Of a stretch of DNA of 64,000 nucleotides, positions 58,641 to 64,000 are shown one piece after another. The DNA comes from Candidatus Hydrogenedentota bacterium (GTDB lineage Bacteria; Hydrogenedentota; Hydrogenedentia; Hydrogenedentales; JAEUWI01). Every line of letters begins with the position of its first letter. Position 1 is the first letter of the stretch. Location: the NCBI GenBank assembly GCA_034669905.1, contig JAXMOL010000002.1:1-64000 (forward strand), given 5' to 3'. Under the pieces are notes generated by a model. That model was not told the DNA's origin and ran no database searches. It saw only the letters and a program-made list of their open reading frames with translations. The position numbers and the translations under genes are program-made.

Positions 58641-59862
58641 GCAGCACCTCGTCGTAAATCCCAATCAGTTTACCGGTAATCGCGTCCCAGTCGTATTCTT
58701 TCCGGGCCTTCGTCTGACCCGCTGTCGCCAGCCCCTTCGCACGCGCCCCGTCTTCGGTCAGCGCCTGAAAGGCGTCAATCAGCGACTTGTCCTCTTCCGG
58801 ATCAAAAAGCAGGCCATCTACCCCGTCTTCCACGAAGTGGGGAATGCCACCGACCCGACTGGCCAGCACGGGCAACCCGGCAGACCAGGCTTCCAGAATG
58901 ACAATGCCAAAGGGCTCGTGGATGGAGGGCAGCAGAAACACGTCGGCCGCGTGGTAGGCATCCACCAACTCAGTGCTGTCCGAGGGGATACCCGGAATGA
59001 TGGTAACATGTTCAGCCATTCCGTGGGCGGCGACCTGGGCCACCAGCTTATCATGATAGGCTGGATTGGTCACGTTACCCACCAGCAACAAGTGGACCTT
59101 CTCATCCACCCCGCGCAATTGGGGCAACAGGCGTGCCGGCAGCAACTGGTTCTTCTGGGCATCAATACGCGCCACCGTCAGCAGCACCTTCGCATCTTGC
59201 GGGATACCGTGCTTCGCCCGAAAGGCGGGCCCGTCGCCCGTGGCAAAACGCTTCGTGTCCGCCCCATTGGGCAAATAAAGGACGCGGGTGTCGGGTAATT
59301 TCTTTTGGGTCAGCACGCTTTCCGGGTAGCCTACACAGAGAATCGCGCTGGCATCGCTCATGACCTGCCGCGCACCAATCCACCAGCCGAGGGCCTTGCC
59401 CCATTCGAGACTCCCTTTGGCCGGGGCCGTCCAGGATTCCGCTTCATGGGTGGGCACATCAAAGACGCCGCCATGGAGGGACATGACATAGGGGATGCCC
59501 CGCTTGCGGGCGACGTAGCGGCCGATTCCTCCAATGCGGTTGCCCACATGGAGGTGAATCAAATCCAGGTCGGGCACCTGCTTCAGGGCCCGCATGAGGT
59601 GAAAGGAAAAGGGACTTCCGCCCTTCTTGTCGAGCACCCGCTTCGCCTCTTCTTTCAACCCGATATAGGGATAGAAATAGGGGGAGCGGCGCACCTGCAG
59701 ACCGTCCATCACTTCCCGGTCTTTGTCGGCCGTGGCAAGGGTGCAGAGCACTTCGGTTTCGTGGCCCAGGGCCATCATCCGTTTGCTCGTCTCAAAGATG
59801 ACGGTCTCGGTACCGCCCCAGTCTTCGCGGACGAAGCGTCGGGCGAGTTGTACGGTTCGCAT
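58618..59862 (-). CDS. Glycosyltransferase family 4
   Basis: WGGTET, ARIDAQKNQ and PSIHEPFGIVILEAW. Confidence 0.92.
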   Translation of the reverse strand: MRTVQLARRFVREDWGGTETVIFETSKRMMALGHETEVLCTLATADKDREVMDGLQVRRSPYFYPYIGLKEEAKRVLDKKGGSPFSFHLMRALKQVPDLDLIHLHVGNRIGGIGRYVARKRGIPYVMSLHGGVFDVPTHEAESWTAPAKGSLEWGKALGWWIGARQVMSDASAILCVGYPESVLTQKKLPDTRVLYLPNGADTKRFATGDGPAFRAKHGIPQDAKVLLTVARIDAQKNQLLPARLLPQLRGVDEKVHLLLVGNVTNPAYHDKLVAQVAAHGMAEHVTIIPGIPSDSTELVDAYHAADVFLLPSIHEPFGIVILEAWSAGLPVLASRVGGIPHFVEDGVDGLLFDPEEDKSLIDAFQALTEDGARAKGLATAGQTKARKEYDWDAITGKLIGIYDEVLHENSVCQ

Positions 59863-59865
59863 GGG

Positions 59866-60795
59866 CTACCTCCGGAAAAACTCTTGTGGAAAACCTTGCT
59901 TCAAGAAACCCGCGCGCTGGCCCTGGTATTGGGCCCAATGAAAGGTCGCGCGGTAGGCGATATTGTAGGGAATGGTCAAGGGGCGCCCCTTCTTAAGGGC
60001 GTAAAGGCCATCACGCACCAGGTGCTTCAGGCATTGCAGGCTCTGGCGAAACAAGGCGGGCGGCTCTTCCAGCATCTGGTAATACACGATACCGTGGCCA
60101 CGCTCCCGCTTGTAGAGCGTCTCCAGCGTGTAGTTGTGGGAATGCTCCACGACAGAGTCGGACGCAAAGTCAAAGCGCACCGCCTGCTTGCGGCAGCGCA
60201 CGGCCCACACAAAATCTTCGCCCCAACCTTCCTCGGGAAACGGCTCTGCCTCCCAGATGGAACGCTTGAAGGCGCACGAGGCGGCGGAGAAAAAGGTATG
60301 CCGGCCCTTGGCCATCTGCTTGACGCTGTAGGCCCGCTCCAAATCGTAGGCCACCACCAGGTGGGCGTCGGGCCGGGCCACCTGACGACTGGATACAGCG
60401 TCGGCCTCATCGTCCAACACAGGCCGCACCAGCTGCTCCAGCCAATCGTCGGTCGTGGGGATACAGTCGGCGTTCAAGAGCACGATAATCGGCTCGCTGA
60501 CCCGACGAATCATATCGTTTAATACGCGCCCGGGGATATAGTCGCCCGGTGCGATCTGAATGATGTTTTCGGGCACCGGATTGTGGGCCTGAATCGCTTC
60601 GAGGGTACCGTCGGTCGATCCGGAGTCCACGTTGTAGAGGGTGAAATCCTGAAAGGTCTGGCCGGGCAGGCGCGAGAGCGTCTCGGCCGCATAGGGCTGC
60701 TCATCTTTCGAGCGCATGATGATCGCCACGGTGCGCTGGGCGCTACCGTCCGGCAGTGTATGTGGTGTTTCCGTTTCACTCACGGGTGGACACAT
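59866..60795 (-). CDS. Glycosyltransferase family 2 (rhamnosyltransferase-like)
   Basis: VDSGSTDGT, LLNADC, GEDFVWA and VEHSHNY. Confidence 0.85.
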   Translation of the reverse strand: MCPPVSETETPHTLPDGSAQRTVAIIMRSKDEQPYAAETLSRLPGQTFQDFTLYNVDSGSTDGTLEAIQAHNPVPENIIQIAPGDYIPGRVLNDMIRRVSEPIIVLLNADCIPTTDDWLEQLVRPVLDDEADAVSSRQVARPDAHLVVAYDLERAYSVKQMAKGRHTFFSAASCAFKRSIWEAEPFPEEGWGEDFVWAVRCRKQAVRFDFASDSVVEHSHNYTLETLYKRERGHGIVYYQMLEEPPALFRQSLQCLKHLVRDGLYALKKGRPLTIPYNIAYRATFHWAQYQGQRAGFLKQGFPQEFFRR

Positions 60796-60813
60796 TCCTC
60801 ATCGCGATTGCGC

Positions 60814-61902
60814 TCAACCATAACATTCCCAGAATTTCAGTACCATCGCCACGTCTTGCGGGTCCGACTTTCCTTCAAACAACAAACCGGGCAAGCGCGA
60901 AAGCACCCGGTCACGGGGATGTAACGCCAGATCGCCCAGCGACGGGCGAAAAGCCGATGCCCACCGCAAATTGCGCAGGGTGTTCTTAAGCCGGTCCTGG
61001 CCACTCAGTTCGGGCAAACGACAGGCCCGTGCCTGGTACTCCGCCCAGGTGAGCTCGGGGCGCTTAAGGCGCTTCCGCTCGAACCATAAAAACACTTCAC
61101 CAAAGAGGGCGACCACGTCACGATGCCACTGGACCAGTGCCTCACCGGTCGCCTGGTCGTGGGTGGGTCGAAACTTGAAGGCCATGGCGGCCTCATAGCC
61201 CGCGCGCAATGCATCGGCCTGCGGAACGCCCTCCAGTGTGTGGGCGTCGAAACGACGTTTCCGTTCCACGTAGCTGGGGCTGTAATTCTCGTCCACAAAC
61301 AACACGGCATCCCCAGCGGCCAGGAGCGCCTTAAAGATATTACGCACCACAAACTCATGATCTTCACCGGTTACATCCGGGTTTTCTTTCAAGAGCCGGT
61401 CGGCCATCAGGAGACCCGCGCCCCGATTCATAAAGAGACGGGCAGCCTCTTCCAAGGGTGGGCGGGAGACGTCGTAGTCGGGCAAGCCTTGCAGAATATC
61501 TTCATCACCGATGAGCACATGATGTCCGGCCTTGAGCTCCATAAACATGAGCTCGTAGGGCTGCCTGGGCAACTCCGACTCGGGCATGGGCGGACCAAAG
61601 TCCACGTGGATACCGCAGGACGGCTCAAAACGGGCTTTGACCTGGTTCAGCCGGGCGGACAAGGCCTTTCGACGGTTGCGAGACGCATACGGCACGACCA
61701 CGAAGAAGTCGTAGTCGTTGTAGACGCGTTCGATACCATCGACCACATAAACTCCCCCTTCACCACGGCCATAACCGCCGCCGAGGATGAGTCCACTCAG
61801 GTCTCCCTCGGCGACCACTTCCTCCACCCCAGCGCGAATTTGCGCCATGTCCTGGGTGATTCGGTCTTCGAGGGCTTCCGATCCGTCTACCGTAAAACGC
61901 AT
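60814..61902 (-). CDS. Uncharacterised DNA-polymerase-beta-superfamily nucleotidyltransferase with a helical C-terminal domain
   Basis: LILGGGYGRGEGG...YNDYDFFVV...IHVDF fits hG[GS]-xn-DhD...hD; GGAG RBS before ATG 61902. Confidence 0.7.
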   Translation of the reverse strand: MRFTVDGSEALEDRITQDMAQIRAGVEEVVAEGDLSGLILGGGYGRGEGGVYVVDGIERVYNDYDFFVVVPYASRNRRKALSARLNQVKARFEPSCGIHVDFGPPMPESELPRQPYELMFMELKAGHHVLIGDEDILQGLPDYDVSRPPLEEAARLFMNRGAGLLMADRLLKENPDVTGEDHEFVVRNIFKALLAAGDAVLFVDENYSPSYVERKRRFDAHTLEGVPQADALRAGYEAAMAFKFRPTHDQATGEALVQWHRDVVALFGEVFLWFERKRLKRPELTWAEYQARACRLPELSGQDRLKNTLRNLRWASAFRPSLGDLALHPRDRVLSRLPGLLFEGKSDPQDVAMVLKFWECYG

Positions 61903-62027
61903 TGATACTCCGTGTTCCATGAGTTGCTACGGGATGCACCCCTTGCAGTACGCACAAGCGGTTCATCTCCCCAACTCCTGTAGACGAACGTAACACCCCG
62001 TTGTTGCGTCGACCACGCGATAGGAAG

Positions 62028-62056
62028 AGTGTACCATATAGGCGGGTTGGTCGCAA
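62028..62056 (-). promoter_or_regulatory. sigma70-like promoter heading the glycan cluster
   Basis: Minus strand TTGCGA-N17-TACACT with an extended -10 TG. Confidence 0.55.
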
Positions 62057-62135
62057 TTTCACCGCACCATTCCACTGTATTTAGTGGGTACGCCCCATCG
62101 AATACCACCACCGCTCGCAGGAGAAGCCCGAAGCC

Positions 62136-63293
62136 CTATCCCGTGCGCTTAAGCAGACATACGGTCTCAACGTGGGCGGTGTTGGGAAAGAGGTCCAGGG
62201 TATTCATCTGCACGACGCGCCATCCGCCCGCATAAAGGCCCTTCAGATCCCGGGCGAGGGTCGCTGGATCACAGGAAACATAGACCAGCGAACGGGCATG
62301 GCACTGGGCCAGGGCCGGAACGAGCACCTTGGCACCCGCACGGGGCGGATCGAGCAAGATCGCATCCCACTGATCTTCCTTGATGCGCTTGATCATGGTG
62401 CTTTCCTGCCCGGCGTAATAGGTGCCCCCTCCCACGCGATCGGCCGCCTTCACCGCCAGCTTGTTGTGGTCTATACCGATGACCTCGGTCCGCTCGGGAA
62501 GGCCCAGGGTCAGGTTGCCATTGCCGCAATAAAGATCAAGTACCGACGTCGGCTTACCCAGATATTGATGCACCGTCTCCACCAACAGGCGATTCAACAG
62601 GAGGCTGGATTGGGAAAAGGTCCCGTTTACAATGGGAATACCGTCGAAGAAAAAGCGTGACGGATGGCCTTCGTCTTTGGAAGAGCCCGCCAACGGAAAA
62701 CGGTCTTTCAGCCGACGGCTTTGGAATCCGGTCCATACAAGGACTTCGTCGCCCTCGGGATTAACCGTGACCGTCACCGACCCCTTCAATTCCAGTTCAC
62801 GCAATTTTGTCAGGGCTTCGTTCATCTTGGGGTGGCACAGGGGACACCGCGTCGTGTCGACAATGTCATGGCTACCCAGGGCATAAAAGCCAAAGCGCTT
62901 GCCATCGCCGTGAAATTCGGCACGGGTCCGGTAGCCGGTCCGCAACGCCGGGTCCTCCCGCCAACCGATTTCGAGGGCATCGATGCCGGCGATATGGCCG
63001 AGGCACCCGCGCACAATCTGACGCTTCCACTGGGCCTGGGCCGGATATTTAAAGTGGAGCCACGTGCTCACACCACTGCGCGTCCAACCGGGATAGTCGG
63101 GCTCAACCCGGTCGGGCGACGGCTCAATGACTTCCACCAGTTCGCCCCACAGGACTTTCTTGGTGGACTTGGTGATGTTAATAGCGAGGCGGTCGCCCGG
63201 TATGCCGTAGGGCACGAAACAGACCTGGCCATCGATACGGCCAATGCCTGCGCCGCCATGGCCGACGGCGGTAATTTCTATAGTTTGGGTCAC
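62136..63293 (-). CDS. TRAM-domain RNA m5U methyltransferase, RlmD/TrmA family
   Basis: N-terminal TRAM; FSQ, DLYCGNG, DPPRAG, YVSCDPATLARDL and DLFPNTAHVE. Confidence 0.88.
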   Translation of the reverse strand: MTQTIEITAVGHGGAGIGRIDGQVCFVPYGIPGDRLAINITKSTKKVLWGELVEVIEPSPDRVEPDYPGWTRSGVSTWLHFKYPAQAQWKRQIVRGCLGHIAGIDALEIGWREDPALRTGYRTRAEFHGDGKRFGFYALGSHDIVDTTRCPLCHPKMNEALTKLRELELKGSVTVTVNPEGDEVLVWTGFQSRRLKDRFPLAGSSKDEGHPSRFFFDGIPIVNGTFSQSSLLLNRLLVETVHQYLGKPTSVLDLYCGNGNLTLGLPERTEVIGIDHNKLAVKAADRVGGGTYYAGQESTMIKRIKEDQWDAILLDPPRAGAKVLVPALAQCHARSLVYVSCDPATLARDLKGLYAGGWRVVQMNTLDLFPNTAHVETVCLLKRTG

Positions 63294-63333
63294 GTGGTGT
63301 ACTTTCGTTGAAGTTGGGGTATTCCGTCTATCG

Positions 63334-64000
63334 CTACGAGCGGTTGCAATGTTCCCGCCAATGTTCCTGAAGACCCGCTACGGCCTCCGTATCTATATCT
63401 GTCGGTGTGGCCCCCGCCTGCCACGTGAGTGTCGTCGGCGGGGGTGTCCAGGCCTTCCCCGGCGCTATCTCTTCATAGCCCGTCCAGACGGAAGCGCAAT
63501 AGCGCGGATTGGGCGCAAAGAGTGCAAAGCCATCCGGCTGATTCGTTCCCAACAGCAAAGCACCCGCCGGCGCGGTGACGTGGGCCAGGTAGCGCGTCTC
63601 ACCGGCTCTCCCCGCCAGATCCCGCGTCCTGTTTTCGGTAATCCCGTTGGGAGAAAAGGTGTCGGGGTCCAGGGGGAGTATTTCGGCCGCGACCCGGGTA
63701 ATGGTCAGGGCCGCGTGCGAGGTATTAAATAATTGTAATTGCCGCACCATGCCGGGGCTCTGGTGGGCGATAAAGGTCTCCAGGCGTATAAAGAGCCCGG
63801 GCGACCGCATCGCCAGACTCAGTGAGGCTCCGTGCTGGTCGACCGCCTCGCTCCAGGCGAGATCCGTGCAATCTGATACGGCGATGGCGCGTTCACCGCA
63901 ATCGATATGAAACTCGGGTGATTTCCGCGTCAGGGCATCGCCATCTACGCCCGTGAGATGAAGCTCCGTCGTGGCACCGGTGTAGGTGGCCCAACGTCGT
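63334..64000 (-). CDS. Hypothetical protein, 5' end beyond window edge
   Basis: The frame of the 63334..63810 ORF stays open to 63999 (RRWATYTGATTELHLTG...); no recognisable motif. Confidence 0.5.
   Translation of the reverse strand, partial: RRWATYTGATTELHLTGVDGDALTRKSPEFHIDCGERAIAVSDCTDLAWSEAVDQHGASLSLAMRSPGLFIRLETFIAHQSPGMVRQLQLFNTSHAALTITRVAAEILPLDPDTFSPNGITENRTRDLAGRAGETRYLAHVTAPAGALLLGTNQPDGFALFAPNPRYCASVWTGYEEIAPGKAWTPPPTTLTWQAGATPTDIDTEAVAGLQEHWREHCNRS

Noticed and set aside
60814..61902. NTase as a CBASS CD-NTase or MNT-HEPN toxin-antitoxin component
   Set aside because: No Cap effector, E1/E2/JAB, HORMA or separate HEPN toxin gene adjacent; the context is purely glycan biosynthesis.

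Overview
GC-rich bacterial chromosomal window. The DUF1559 pilin-like gene with an '[18 protein letters not shown]' block and the BlaI/M56 pair suggest Ca. Hydrogenedentota or a PVC-like lineage (inference only). The left ~37 kb mixes housekeeping and accessory genes. These are a BlaI repressor with an M56 peptidase that runs off the left edge through a 9-nt coding tandem repeat, a DUF4212/ActP-like symporter, a tandem wHTH-nuclease protein, a ZIP transporter with an inserted cNMP-binding domain, ilvA, two paralogous GT-C-like membrane proteins, a CPA-CBS antiporter, GH38 alpha-mannosidase, DUF2975/YozG with a serine hydrolase, priA, an HNH nuclease, an MFS transporter, cysC, sugar ABC genes, BON-MscS, a GNAT, murB and pilT. 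The right ~27 kb holds a 2728-aa lipoprotein (18 Ig-like repeats plus a GH9 glycoside hydrolase). It converges on a ~16-kb minus-strand glycan cluster with 7 glycosyltransferases, 2 methyltransferases, a flippase, an O-antigen ligase/polymerase, a nucleotide-pyrophosphatase-type enzyme and an uncharacterised Pol-beta-type nucleotidyltransferase as first gene. An rlmD-like gene and a partial ORF end the window. No rRNA, tRNA, CRISPR array or intact mobile element was seen. The best candidates for an undescribed system are (1) the nucleotidyltransferase plus AlkP/NPP pair within the glycan cluster, (2) the giant stalked GH9 between pilT and that cluster, and (3) the cNMP-domain ZIP transporter. 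All functional calls come from motif recognition by eye; no database searches were run.
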